NCBI RefSeq assembly: GCF_001194135.2
Contig: NC_069003.1
Location: 32,500,105-32,564,104, forward strand
Source: Octopus bimaculoides
Taxonomy: Eukaryota
Length of the DNA stretch: 64,000 bases
Reading direction: 5' to 3'
A model generated the notes under the pieces. It saw only the letters and a program-made list of their open reading frames with translations. It made no database searches and was not told the origin of the DNA. The position numbers and the translations under genes are program-made. This document shows positions 27,289-40,811 of this stretch, piece by piece (the first letter of the stretch is position 1; each line of letters starts with the position of its first letter).

Positions 27289-27841
27289 ATATATGATGGG
27301 ATCCTTTCAGTTTCTGTCTGCCCCAAATCTACTGAAGGTTTTGGTAAGCCTGGAGTTGTAGTAAAAGACACTTGGCTCAAGGTGCGATGAAGTGGAACTG
27401 AACCTGAAGCAAACTTCTTACATTTCAGTCATGCGTGTGCCTGTTGTGTGGATGAGAAATTTCCTTCGTAACAACATAGTTTCCAGTTCAACTCCACTGT
27501 ATTCCATTATTGGCCAAATATCTTCCACCCTAACTTCAGAATGAACAAAGCATTGTTAGTGAAATTGGAGAGTTTGAAATTTTGCAGCAACACTTCTGCA
27601 GAACTTTCCATACCTTTCACAGGTTGAATTATTTCATCTCAGTGTAAAATCACTACAATCAAGCCTTTGGAAGCCCTAAAAAATCCACTTTTGGGATCTG
27701 GCCTGGATATTGAAAAGGTTTAGAATCATTGCACTATACAGTTCCTCAGTCTGCTTGAAAGAGTAACCAAATCTCCCATAAATAACACTTTAGCATGTCT
27801 GAAATAAGAACATATCAGGTAATTTGGCCAGTAACAGTGCC

Positions 27842-28131
27842 CAGGCTCCCCAGCCATTGGGCTGCTGACCAGTAGTAGGCCATAGATCATTTGGTACAGG
27901 GCCGCTCAGAATATATTTATAAATTTTATTTCCATTTCATTGTCTATCGCAGTCTACCGGCTGATTTTGTATTTATGTGTTAGGCATGTAATAAACCTGT
28001 ATTAAACATGTAACAATTAGATATATATCATGTACTTTATTGTGTGTTGTTATGCATGTGATATCCTGGTCTGTGGAAAAACTGTCCTCCATGAAACCAC
28101 TTCATGGTGCAAAATGGGTTGGGGACTGGTG
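27842..28131 (+). mobile_element. hAT-Charlie (MER1-like) MITE, diverged
   Basis: Ends caggctccccagcc / ggttggggactggtg; internal ggtctgtggaaaaactgtcctccatgaaacc is typical of MER1-like elements. Confidence 0.7.
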
Positions 28132-29343
28132 GTCTATAAGACAGGATAGTCATGGCTGGAATGCTTTCAGTCATCGGTCTTCTTGATCAACATCAACTTG
28201 GTTTGATGCTACAAAATATTTGGTTTTAGCAGGGAAAATGATGAAAGCCACCTTTGTTTAACCAACTTACTAAGCCATGTTGGTATGGGTAAAGAAAAAG
28301 AAAAAGTTGGTGTGTGAAAGAAACAATGATTGTTTGCTTTCTGAGTTCAAATCCTGCCAAGGTCGACTTTGCTTTTCACCCTTTTGGAGTCAATGAAATA
28401 AGTACCAGTGAAACACTGGAGTCAATGTAATTGACTCCCCCCCCTCTTCCAACTTGCTGGCCTTGTGCCAAAATTTGAAGCCATTATTATTGTGAATGTA
28501 ACGAGGTGGTGGGAAGGTAACGACCATTGTAATGATTATCCTCTTATTCTCTCATTACTTCTTTTTTGTCTTCTAGTCTGTTGTCCTCTCTCTCTCTCTC
28601 TCTCTCTNNNNNNNNNNNNNNNNNNNNNNNNNNNNNNNNNNNNNNNNNNNNNNNNNNNNNNNNNNNNNNNNNNNNNNNNNNNNNNNNNNNNNNNNNNNNN
28701 NNNNNNNNNNCTCTCTCTCTCTCTCCCTCTCTCTCTCTCCCTCTCTCTCTCTCTCTTCCTGCTTCTCTTTCCACAAATGATTTAATTCATTTTTTATGCT
28801 ATAGATAAGTTATATTAATTTACTACTCCTGTTGCCGCCAACACCACCACTACTACTACTATTTATATTTGCTTTAATGTTTGGTATTGCTTATCTAAAT
28901 CATATGATATATGTCTTGTCTGTTTCTGCAGTTTCCTGTTCAAGACTAAATTTCCTGGCTTGTAAGTGGGAGGGGGTAATAAAAAAAAATAATAATAATA
29001 ATAACAATAGTAATAATTTCAAAAAGTTGAGGTTTTGATATTGTTAAATTTTATACCATATATGTGTGTGTGTGTATTTAGTTTTCTTTTTTATTGTCTT
29101 TTTGTACAGCTTCTGGAATATTTATCAATATTTTGATATCTTTGAAAATTCTGTTTAATGATCGATTCACGTGTATTCAGAATTAATATTAATATTTGGA
29201 TGTTTTTACAAGTTTCAATTATTATTATTAGTAGTAGTAGTAGAAGTAGTAGTAGTAGTAGTAAATAGTACAAGTATTAAAAGGAAAAGCTATCTCGTAA
29301 TCTTATACACACGCACACACATATATATGTAATATATACATAT

Positions 29344-29424
<81 letters not shown>

Positions 29425-30442
29425 TATATATATATATATATATATAGCATTATCTCCGTGCACTCCGACTTACATGAATCGTATGTGATTAAAGTGACAG
29501 ATAATTTACATACTTGTTCTTGCGTGCCTTGGGCAGTGTTCTGGCATCGTTTCACATTGATAGAGTAGTAATATGTTATGCGCTAGAGTGTAGCTTCTAT
29601 CGAGCCAACAAGTATTTCTCTTATGTGGTCACTCCAGCTGTTAGAAATAGCAGCCAAATCTTTACTGAGCAGCACGCTGCTATCTTCAAAAACTAGGAAC
29701 TATAATATTAGATGTTGTGATTTTAGGTATATTATTCTACATTATTGTTTTTATTCTTTTGCTTGGCTTAGTTTTTGGATTGTGGTCATGCTGGAGCACC
29801 ATCTTAAAAGGTTTCAGTCCTTTATTTCAACCTTAGTATGTATTTTTACAGTTTGGTTATTATTATCTTGTGATTGCTATTTGTTGAACTGTTAAGTTTA
29901 CAAGACAGAATCACAGAGCACCATTGTTCAAGCAATGGAAATGTTAAGATTGACCTAGAGACAGATACATATGAATGCAAACACACCAACAGGCTTCTAC
30001 ACAGTTTCCTACCAATCTCACTCACAAGCCATAAGGCAACTCAAGGCTATCCTTCTGCATGTTGATATGCAATGGAACAAAACCTAGAGCAACGTAGGTT
30101 TTGCTTCCTAACCATGCAGCCTTTTTTCCTAATCATATGTGAGCTTCCTAATCGTACAGCTGTGCTTGCACTAAGATTGGGAGAACAAAAATGAAAACCA
30201 CAGAAAAAACAATCACATTATGGGCAAGACTAGAAAGAGTTTGATTGTGGGTTAAACTGGATCAGTGTTGAACTCAGACCAAATAACAACAACCTACCTC
30301 CATTGCAACCATCATTTAATTTTCTCGTTACACCAGATACCGCCATTGGGGTTGGGGAAGTTCCCCATCTTGCTAAAAACAACAGCCAAATTCCCCTGTT
30401 GTCTTGAAAAGATTAAATACAAATTGGATAAGGATATTTTAA

Positions 30443-30871
30443 CCCTTTAGTACTCAGATTTCTGTCAAATGTTAATTTGCATATTTATTCACATTGTTTT
30501 GAATTGATCTTGCATTATTGTGTAGCTTTGAGATTTTGATGATATGATTGTATATTTTTTGAATGACGTTGTAGGGGAGGTATGAAAGACTGGAGCTGGC
30601 TGGTTTGAACATAAAACAGGTAGAATATTTGAGCCTGATATGGTTTGTTTTACTCTTTAGTATTCAGATTACTCTGCCAAATGTATTGCTTATTGATTCA
30701 CATTGTTTGAATTAATCGTGCATTATATCATAGCTTTGAGATTTCAATGATGTGATCGTGTATTTTTAGAATGACATTGTAGGATAGTTATGAAAGGCTG
30801 GAGCTGGCTGCTTTGAACATAAAACAGGTAGAATATTTGAGCCTGATATGGCTTGTTTAAATGCTAAAGCG
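30443..30871 (+). mobile_element. piggyBac-like MITE, internal tandem dimer
   Basis: TTAA-ccctttag...ctaaagcg-TTAA; two ~215-bp similar units joined near 30655. Partial relatives at ~5447-5550, 25737-25925 and 34600-34670. Confidence 0.75.
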
Positions 30872-32011
30872 TTAAATATATAAATGATAGTAGGTTTATG
30901 GTTGGAATATCATTTAATTAAAAGTTTGTTTGTTCATAGCTAACAACAGCAGTAGCAGCAGCAATAAAAAAAAAAGGATAAGCTACAACATGTTAGGAAT
31001 GTCCCATCTGTACCTCTAAATAATTGAGATGATTATGGTTTGAATATCTTCGATCGTAGGTCTGCTTGATTGGGGCTGACCTGGAGCTTAAATAACAATA
31101 ACATAAATTTGTGGAAAATATTTTTTCTTAAAGATCTTAAATAATCTTTTCTAGATTTAATTTATGTTATTTGTTGGTTATAATTATTTCGTATAGTTTT
31201 GAATCTTGGTTGTAGATTTCCCTGAATATTTTGTAGTAATCTTTTGTAAATGACATATGTGTAAATGTAAATGTGCGTATGTTGACTCTCCAGAAGTACT
31301 CAGTTCTGTTATTTGTGAGTGGAATTAGTAGGAAACTGTGTGGAAAACTGATGGTGTGTTTGCACTCGTATGTATCTGTCTTGTAACTTCATTGTTCAAC
31401 AAATAGAAATCATAAGGTAATAACCAAACTTTAAAAATAAGTACAGAGGTCAAAATAAATGAAAAGAAGGGGCCATTGTAGAAGCTAAAAGTAGAAAAGA
31501 TAGAGTGAGGAAATGGCATGTCAGTAAACCAGAGAGAGACTGGTGTGACAGTTTTTGCAATGTCTAATATGAAGGTTACCCATTCGTGAAACTGCAGTGT
31601 ATGTCAAGATAGCAATTCTTCAATGTCCTTCTCTTGATCAACATATCTTCTACCAAATCACCAAAAATTCAGTTCTACACACAGTATCATCAACTGTGCT
31701 ACAGACAAACATTCCCATCCAATCTGTTGTCCTTCCATTCATATCACACCAGTCTGCAATTTCTTTAATAATGTAATTAAATATGAACACATCTACAGGC
31801 AATATGACAATACCAAAGTAATTTTCCAAAGCACTTGCATCATGCTGTTCAGTATTTCCTTATCAGTATAGAAAAAAAAGCTGAAGCTGTAACTACATCA
31901 TCATCTCAACGAAATAAAGCCTCTCTAAACCACCAAACCATCTCTCCCTCCCTCTCTCAGTCTCTCTCTCTCGCTCTGTCTCTCCCTCCCCCTCTCTCTC
32001 ATGCACACAAA

Positions 32012-32235
32012 CGAGGGGGTGCTGAAAAGTTCCTGGCTTTAAGGTTATCATGAAAGGCCTGGTTGGAGGCCCAACCTTCCAAGTTCTTTTACAGGGCTTC
32101 AAAAAAAAAAAACTGAAAGGGCCACTGCATTAAGTGTGTAAACGTGAGCAGGGAATATGTTGAATAAAATCATAATTAATTGATCCTCCTGTATTTCCTT
32201 TTACCCAAAGCCAAGAACTCTTCAGCACCCCCTCA
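32012..32235 (+). mobile_element. Mariner-derived MITE
   Basis: ~29-bp TIRs cgagggggtgctgaaaagttcctggcttt / aaagccaagaactcttcagcaccccctca, right TA TSD; internal KCVNVSREYVE-stop (32132-32167) resembles a mariner C-terminus. Confidence 0.85.
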
Positions 32236-32767
32236 TAAATAGGTAAGTAGTACAGTGGGGGTGTCATCCTAATGATCTAATGGAGGTAGCAGTGTGCCAA
32301 CTGCTATAAGAGTAAAGAAGACATTTTAGAGGGAGAAACTACAGAGGTATCAAACTGTTGGACCAGGTTATGAATTGGATATAAAATGAGAGTGATGTGA
32401 AAGAATAACTTCAAGAAATTAGTTTTAGTTGAAGAACATTTCATTATATTCCAAACACCAGATTGATAACGGCAGAGTTAGTTATTTTATTAAATCCCTC
32501 CAAATTCTTCATTATTTTCAAAATTAATTGAATGTTTCTTTAACCATATAGTGACAGAAAGGTTAATGTGGTCCAGTTTAATGTAATCAGGCGCCTTGAC
32601 TTTAATCAAGTTTGCTGGGTCTGAAGAGAGAGACTAATGGGATTTCAACTTTCGAAAGTTCACCGACCAATCAAATTAACTTATTTTGATATCACCCTAA
32701 CTGAGACTGTCTTTGATTCTAAACTGTCCATTTTAAAGTGATCATATTTAAAGTAGAACTTCCCATC

Positions 32768-32791
32768 ATGAATTTAGCTGAGAACCTTTCA
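32768..32791 (+). CDS. Candidate alternative first coding exon (MNLAENLS)
   Basis: catcATG, 8 codons, TCA|GTAAGA donor, phase 0; CCAAT box at 32667-32671 about 100 bp upstream. Confidence 0.3.
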
Positions 32792-34958
32792 GTAAGACAC
32801 CCTTCTCCTACTCTCCCTCTGAAAGAAACATCAGCTTAATGATGAAATGTGTTGTCTTACAAAAGCCTTCAAAATTATTCGTTGTTCTTAAAATTAATCA
32901 AGACTGAAGAGGAACCATATTTCAGAAGAAGTATGATCACAAAAGGGTTAGAATCTGGAAGAGCATTAACATGTCACGGCCTGTTACTGGAACTTACCAG
33001 TGAGCCACATATTTCTGGTCACACTGCATGTTCTTTGATTACAAGGAAGTGTAATATTTTTGCATTTTTACAATATTTCATAATTCAGCTTTAATATTTA
33101 GCACTCGCATGACTTAGATATCCTTGAAATCATGTCAAAGGTACAGAATAAAATATTTTCTCAAATTATGAAAATGTATCACCTATGGTGCATATGGTGG
33201 TTGTGGGAAGTTTGGGATGAGCTACCAGTGGCACATGTGGTGGCTAACATGTTAAGAAATGAATTTCTTGAAAGATATTTTGGACATTCATAGTTAATTG
33301 TTAAACTAAACTACTAAAGTAATTTTTATGCACATACACCCCATGTCTGTATTAAATATGCTAACACCATGTTTACTTGTGTATGTCATCTCAGAGTAAA
33401 TTACTTTTGGCAATTTATCTTTTTAAGATAATGTTCATGCCTATTCATGTACATTTATTGTACATGCTTGGAATTGCTTCCCCTACTTGCAGAAATAATT
33501 TTTGTAAAATACCAGCCATTAAGTCTAACAATGTCTTTTCCTGACCATTTAAGTATTTCTGACTTATGTGTTTTTCATGTTCACTACATTAAATATGTTA
33601 AGACTAGCTTAACTATTTTAGGGTCGTACATGTATGACTAATGTCTTTGATCTGAGACTGTATTTTGAAACTGAAACATTTACATTGTGGAGGAGTCAAT
33701 TGAGTTGTCTAAAAACACATAAAATTTCGTCTGTTTTCATTTTCCATTTACTTTATGAGTGGCTTTTCCATGATGTATTATGTATTATTCTGAATAAACC
33801 TGACATATTGAAAAAATATAAATGTAATATTGTCGTGACTATATCACTAATGAGTAGACTGCCTAAGTATTTCAATTAATTTTCATTATAATCAAGACTT
33901 TAGAGGAATTTAATAAAATATCTGTAACATTTTATATTGTTATATGTGTTTTGTGTATATTTGTTGGTGTCGACCATTAGAAATCTCATGATATTGTTTG
34001 TGTTGTGATAAGATTTTAATTGAGATTTTAATTAAAATATGAAGACTTTAGTGAGCTGGGCTGGTGTTGAGAAGTTTTAAGGTATTCTATCACTAAACAT
34101 GTCGGAAAGATAACATAGTGGGTGAATAGTAGATTTGGTAGAGAGTCGGAGTATTTTGTGGTATTTGGTTCCATCCCTTTATGTTTGAGATCAAATCCAA
34201 CCCTAGTTCCCTTTCCCTTTCATCATCCTGAATTTGATATAAAAAAATAAATATCATTTGTTTGTCATGTTTGAAATAGCAGCTAAATATTCAATTTAGA
34301 TCTTTCTGTCTTCAGTTGGATACATTCAATGCATTACATTTGAATAAAAAATGTGATCATGGCTAGAACATCTTTTGATCATAAGTCTGCTCTATCAGAA
34401 TTGACCCGGGGTTAACCAACAGCAAATATTAGGGTTGATGTAATTAACTATATGCGAGAACAGAGGTTCTCAAGCTTCTACTTCTGGTGTACTCCTTCCT
34501 CATGTCTGGCTGTGCTGGTATACTTCATGTGAAGAATATAAGCATAAAATGTTTGGATGCCTTGGAACATATATTATTTGTTATGAATTTCATTTGACTC
34601 TTTAGCATTCATATTACTCTTGTCGGGTGTAATACTTATTTATTCACACTATTTCGAGTTAATCGTGCATTATCTTGTGTGTGCTCTTAAGATATAATTC
34701 TGTGTGAACTGACATCCCCCAGACCAGCTGAAAATTATTAGCATCTTTTTAAATGATTTATTCCAAATATAGTGAATTCATATGGTTGCATTTATTGTCA
34801 GTATTAAAAAAAAAATCAAGAAAGGCCAGGTATTGGTTAAACAAGAATATAATGTGTTTGTCTATATTACAATATTTTCTCTACAGATTTATTTTTAATG
34901 TATCATGGTTTTTTTCAGTTAACCTTTTAACTTCAATTTAATATTTCATTTATTTCAG

Positions 34959-35006
34959 ACTGGGGATAATATTACGTGGGAGACCCATAAAGTGACCCTC
35001 ACAAAG
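34959..35006 (+). CDS. TJP1: Internal 48-nt coding exon of a ZO-1/tight-junction-protein (polychaetoid-like) MAGUK gene, start of PDZ1
   Basis: Acceptor atttcatttatttcag, 16 open codons TGDNITWETHKVTLTK, donor AAG|GTGAGT. W-E-x-H-x-V-T-L-x-K/R matches human ZO-1 IWEQHTVTLHR (recalled). Only one short exon, so orthology is not proven. Confidence 0.75.
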
Positions 35007-35863
35007 GTGAGTTCTTATTTTCTTCATTTTTATTTTTTTTTAATTTTTATTTTTTTATTTTTTTATGACACTGAAATAACTATAGCTATATTTTATATTT
35101 CATACTCTATCACTGTATCAGCTAGACTATCAGATGTTGTTATACACTGCTAGTCACAATGTGCTTCCTTGCATTGTTGTAGCTTTTAAATGATGCCACC
35201 CTACTGTCTAGGTGGGCAGACCAACATCCCCTCTGAATGGGATGCTAGCTCATCATAGGATTACCTATTTACAGTAGAGTAGACTAGTGCAACATGAAAT
35301 GAAGTGTTTTGCTCAAGAATACAATACAATGCACTGCCTGTCTAAGAATTGAAACCACAATCTTGTGATCATGAATGCAACACCCTAACCACTAGACCAT
35401 GTGCTTTCAGTATATACTTCATATATATATATATATATACTACACTCTTGGAGTGGTTGGCGTTAGGAAGGGCATCCAGCTGTAGAAACTCTACCAGATC
35501 AGATTGGAGCCTGGTGCAGCCTCCTGGCTCGCCAGTCCTCAGTCAAATCGTCAAACCCATGCTAGCATGGGAAGCGAACGTTAAACAACGATGATGATGA
35601 TGATGATGATATATATATATCTGTTTTTAAATTCACTAGTGTATAGTGATGGTGCCTTGACTATGCAGAATGTACAACACATTATATTAACACACAAACA
35701 TTAGGCTATTTTCGTACATAATACGACTTCAACCCAACTTTAATCTGACCATACCGAAATTATAACATGATACTACAAGCAAAAACATAATAACTATCAA
35801 AAAACAAAAATTATGATTTTTGGTCGATATGTAGTACTCATTAAGTACACCCATAATTTACAC

Positions 35864-36010
35864 CAGCCATGGGCAACCTGTATCCCACAAGAATTTCTGA
35901 ATGGCACACCATACAAAAAATTGCCTTGAACTCTTTTAGTAGTGCAGCCCACCTGATGATGAGTCATGTCCCATGTGACTCACTTCTCAAAACAAAGGTT
36001 GCCCATACCT
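35864..36010 (+). mobile_element. Small hAT-like MITE; second copy at 60035-60133 (-)
   Basis: atgggcaacct...aggttgcccat inverted ends; internal cacctgatgatgagtcatgtcccatgtgac recurs reverse-complemented near 60070-60100. Confidence 0.6.
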
Positions 36011-37439
36011 CATATACTCTCTTGTGATTGACATATAGTGGTTGTAGTCATAGGATGTGCTACTATGTTGCTAAACCTGCCCATCTAGAAGAGGTATTCA
36101 TCTAAGAATACAAACTTTAGGCTGTTTTAGCTTTTGTTTCTGAGTAAGTGTATATTATTAGATTTGCAAACAAATTACGGACAAACCATATTATGATACT
36201 ACAACATGAACAGAATAATTATAAACAAACTTTATCATCTTTAATAAGCGTGCAGTGCTCATCAAGCAACCCCTGGTTAGATTTTTATATGTGGCATCAA
36301 AAATCTATATTATCATATATCTAATACAAACAAAAAAGAAAAAAAAAACATTGAACATCACCTGCAGATTTCAAATTCTGACTACCTAAATTAGTAGACT
36401 TAAATTAAGTACCATGTTTTCCTGCATACAAAGTTTCCAAACCAACATTTACAGCCAAAACAGATAGGTTAATTCATACACAAAGATAATTTTGGAGGAC
36501 CAATAAAATTTCATGTGAAATGCAGCAGGATTTGGCAAGATAGTGAAAATGTTTACACTATATACTACATCAACTTGTATATTGGAAAATATGGTGTATA
36601 GAAAGACAAGATGCTAACAGTTGGAATGTCTTCTTATCATGGTTCTGTTCAAACAGGGTTGATTTAGTACTAAGCTACTACACACAAGGAAGATCAATCT
36701 CCAAGGCTGCTCAGTCTGCTGAAAATAGCAGCTTAACTCTTCCTCAAAAATTTCACCCTATCATCATAAATAATAAAAGTTACGATACACAAGTACAAAA
36801 AAAAGCCAGAAAAGTTTTTAGATCGTAGTAAGGCCTGTTGAAGCAGGTATGACCTGGGGCTAAACAACAACAACTTAATTGCTTAATGAATATTATTAAA
36901 CTACAGGAGTTCCATACTCTATAACTCCTTCTCTCTCCACCCATCCCTCTCTTTCCCCAGCTTTCTATATCCATTTCAAAACTCCTGAAAGCTATTAACA
37001 TGATTCAGTTCATTTTCTGTCCCTTTTTTTTTTTTCTTTTAATTTTGCTTTCTGTTAAGGGGGNNNNNNNNNNNNNNNNNNNNNNNNNNNNNNNNNNNNN
37101 NNNNNNNNNNNNNNNNNNNNNNNNNNNNNNNNNNNNNNNNNNNNNNNNNNNNNNNNNNNNNNNNNNNNNNNNNNNNNNNNNNNNNNNNNNNNNNNNNNNN
37201 NNNNNNNNNNNNNNNNNNNNNNNNNNNNNNNNNNNNNNNNNNNNNNNNNNNNNNNNNNNNNNNNNNNNNNNNNNNNNNNNNNNNNNNNNNNNNNNNNNNN
37301 NNNNNNNNNNNNNNNNNNNNNNNNNNNNNNNNNNNNNNNNNNNNNNNNNNNNNNNNNNNNNNNNNNNNNNNNNNNNNNNNNNNNNNNNNNNNNNNNNNNN
37401 NNNNNNNNNNNNNNNNNNNNNNNNNNNNNNNNNNNNNNN

Positions 37440-37485
<46 letters not shown>

Positions 37486-37797
37486 GTATATATGTGTGTG
37501 TTTGTGTGTATTATTTTTACGTTAATAGCTGTATTCATTACCATTTGTTGCCCATCTACACGTGTTGGCATGTGTGTGTGTATAGGGCCTGTTTATTTCT
37601 CCCCTCACACCATTGCTTTCTCTGTCTTTACTATTTCTTATGTTGTATAATTATTACTCATTCAAACACAAATAATATTGACATACGCACAACACACATG
37701 CATACACACACACACACATTTATACATATATACATACATGTATATACACACTTACATATGCATATATATACACATATATACATACATGTATAAGTAT

Positions 37798-37835
<38 letters not shown>

Positions 37836-37937
37836 GCTCATATGTACATACATATATATGCCCACATGTATATATATGTATATAAGCATGTATATATGTA
37901 TATATATCATCATTTATATATACAAACACAAATGTAA

Positions 37938-38038
<101 letters not shown>

Positions 38039-38221
38039 NNNNNNNNNNNNNNNNNNNNNNNNNNNNNNNNNNNNNNNNNNNNNNNNNNNNNNNNNNNNNN
38101 NNNNNNNNNNNNNNNNNNNNNNNNNNNNNNNNNNNNNNNNNNNNNNNNNNNNNTATATACACATATACGGTGCTCCAGCATGGCCACAGTCAAAAAGACT
38201 GAAACAAGTAAAAGAATAAAA

Positions 38222-38300
<79 letters not shown>

Positions 38301-38865
38301 CACACACACACACATGCACAGCACACATATATACATGCACACACATTCATATCAGTGATTGATAGATAAATAGGCAAAGAGAGAGAAAGGTAGAGATGAA
38401 AAGATATGCTTATCTGTGTGTATATAGCCATTTTCCATTTTTTTCTTTTTTGTACTATCTTTTCCTTTAACATCTCAGGTTAGTTAGTATTACACAATTT
38501 TGCACACTCAGATCATAGGATGAGCGATACACAGAGACAACAGAGAAAGGGTGAAAATAGTAAGAGACGTACAGGTAAAGAGAGAGGAATGAAAGACACA
38601 CATGCATACAAACGCATGCTCTCACTCGCGCACACACACCTGTGTTTGCTTTTCCTTTTTACCTTTATTTGATGTAGTATATTAATTCTTTTCACTTGTT
38701 CACATATAGCCCCTGTTCCCACATGCACACAGACACACACACACACAGACACACACACACACACAGAGCCATGCAAGAGAGACAGGTAAAGAATGATAAG
38801 GGACATGCATCCATGTATAGCTTGATTACTTCAAAGAGTAATTTGAATTTCAAATGAATCAGCAA

Positions 38866-38905
<40 letters not shown>

Positions 38906-38979
38906 CATACATACATTCATACACACACTCATATCAGTGAGCTACATACATACATGTATGTATATAGCTACTGATTTTT

Positions 38980-39019
<40 letters not shown>

Positions 39020-40289
39020 TGAGAGAAAGAGAGAGGAAGATGAATAAAGGTAACTACATAGAGTTCATTTTATTCTGCAATTAGTATTAATGGGAAGTAA
39101 TAAGTAGCTAATAAAGTGTTATGTTGATGGATTGATTAGTTGATTGATTTTTTTGTGTCTTTTTTCTTTCTTTCTTTTTTTTAGTTGTTTTTTTGTTTTT
39201 TCTTTACTTGGTTCCTTTCACACATATTTGTACAACAGGATGTTTTGTATATTCTGTTTCTGGGTAAAACAACTTAATAGCATTCTAAACTATTCGTGTA
39301 TGTGTTGTTGTTGCTCTCCTTCTTCTTCTTCCTCTTCATCCTTCACACCCTCCTCCTCCTCCTTCTCCTTCTTTAGCCCTAGGTCAGCCCTGATCCATCA
39401 GTTAATTCAGCCAGTCCATCCTACACATGAACTGGCAGACTGTCAGTTGTGACAATGAGGTTTCCAGTTGATCCGATTCAAGTGGCTGAGCACTCCACAG
39501 ACATATGTTAATGCATCAACCACCAATTCTCCTCCACCTGTTCTCAGTTGGTTCCATGTTCTATGCCCCCCCCCCCTCTGCTGACAACCTTCAAGTCTTC
39601 CTAAAAGGTTTCAATGCCATGTGGTTTGCATAATCTTCTTTTTCTTGTTGTTGTCCATCTTCAAACTATTCTTACATCCCAATAATTTGGCTGCTGCAGG
39701 ATGTGACCAACCAACAATTGCATTCTTTGTTCTAATACCAAGTCTTGAAGTCTTTGCAACAACGTTCTTAAAACTTATTTTTATTGCCTGATATGGTCAA
39801 AGTACAAAATTTGCAAAGTTCTCTTCAGGCACCTTTCATGAAAGGCTTCCAATGTTTCGATAATTTTTCACAGTTCTCTTCTGTCTTTGTGTTTATGTTT
39901 TGTTTGTCTCCTCCCATCATCATATGACAACTGGTGTTGGTTTGTTTACATCCCTGTACAATAGACGTTTGGCAAAAAAGACTGTTATAATAACAGAAAT
40001 AATTAAAATCTAAGAAAATATAAATACCTATTGGCCACAGAAACCCACAATATACTGAGGAGTCCACAATATAAATTTACATATATTACCCAGAAAAATC
40101 CATGATGTACTGAGTGTGCAATAGGTGAACTGCAATATGGCCAGGACTTACAGTAGTCAGCCACTACTTAGACTGTAATACTGCAATTACGTAGTTCAAT
40201 TAATCAAAAAACTGGAATATTTATCACTGAAACCTACCATTATTTTCTGACATACATGTCGATGCTAGTGTATAGCGTAAGCATTCAAG

Positions 40290-40740
40290 CATCATGACTG
40301 TCTCTCCAAATCCTGCCACATTTCACATGGAATCTTTGGTTCTCCAAAGTCATCTTGGTGTATAAGTTGATTACTTTATTTGACTGTAAGTTTTGGTTTG
40401 AAAAATTCAACTTGTATACCAGAAAATATGGTATATACATACATGAGACAGAAGGGTGCAATTTGAAAGAAATTTAACTGCTGTTTCTAACAGGTCTAGT
40501 GACATTGTGGGCAGTGGGGGGAGGGTCTTTTGTTAGCACATGCATAAATAGAGTATTTTATGACATACAAGTCAACATAGTATATCATGTAAACATGTGG
40601 TGTAAACAACCAAACATCATCACTCTCTTTCCAAATCCTATTGCATTTCACATGGATTTTGGTCCTCCAAAATCATTTTAGTGTATAAGGTGACTTTACT
40701 CTTTTTTGGCTGTAAATTTTGGTCTGAAAAATTTGATGTG
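40290..40740 (-). mobile_element. Two adjacent fragments of a Tc2/pogo-like dispersed repeat
   Basis: ccaaatcct...atttcacatgga...ctccaaa...gtgtataag repeated twice; forward copies at ~36490-36600, 57700-57850 and 59540-59700. Superfamily call tentative. Confidence 0.5.
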
Positions 40741-40766
40741 GATGCTGGGAGATACTGTAATCAAGA

Positions 40767-40811
<45 letters not shown>

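Noticed and set aside
35953-35995. CTGATGA followed by a 6-bp hairpin (gagtca...tgactc)
   Set aside because: No GAAA after the stem and no stem I/III; lies within a MITE whose second copy lacks the perfect hairpin.
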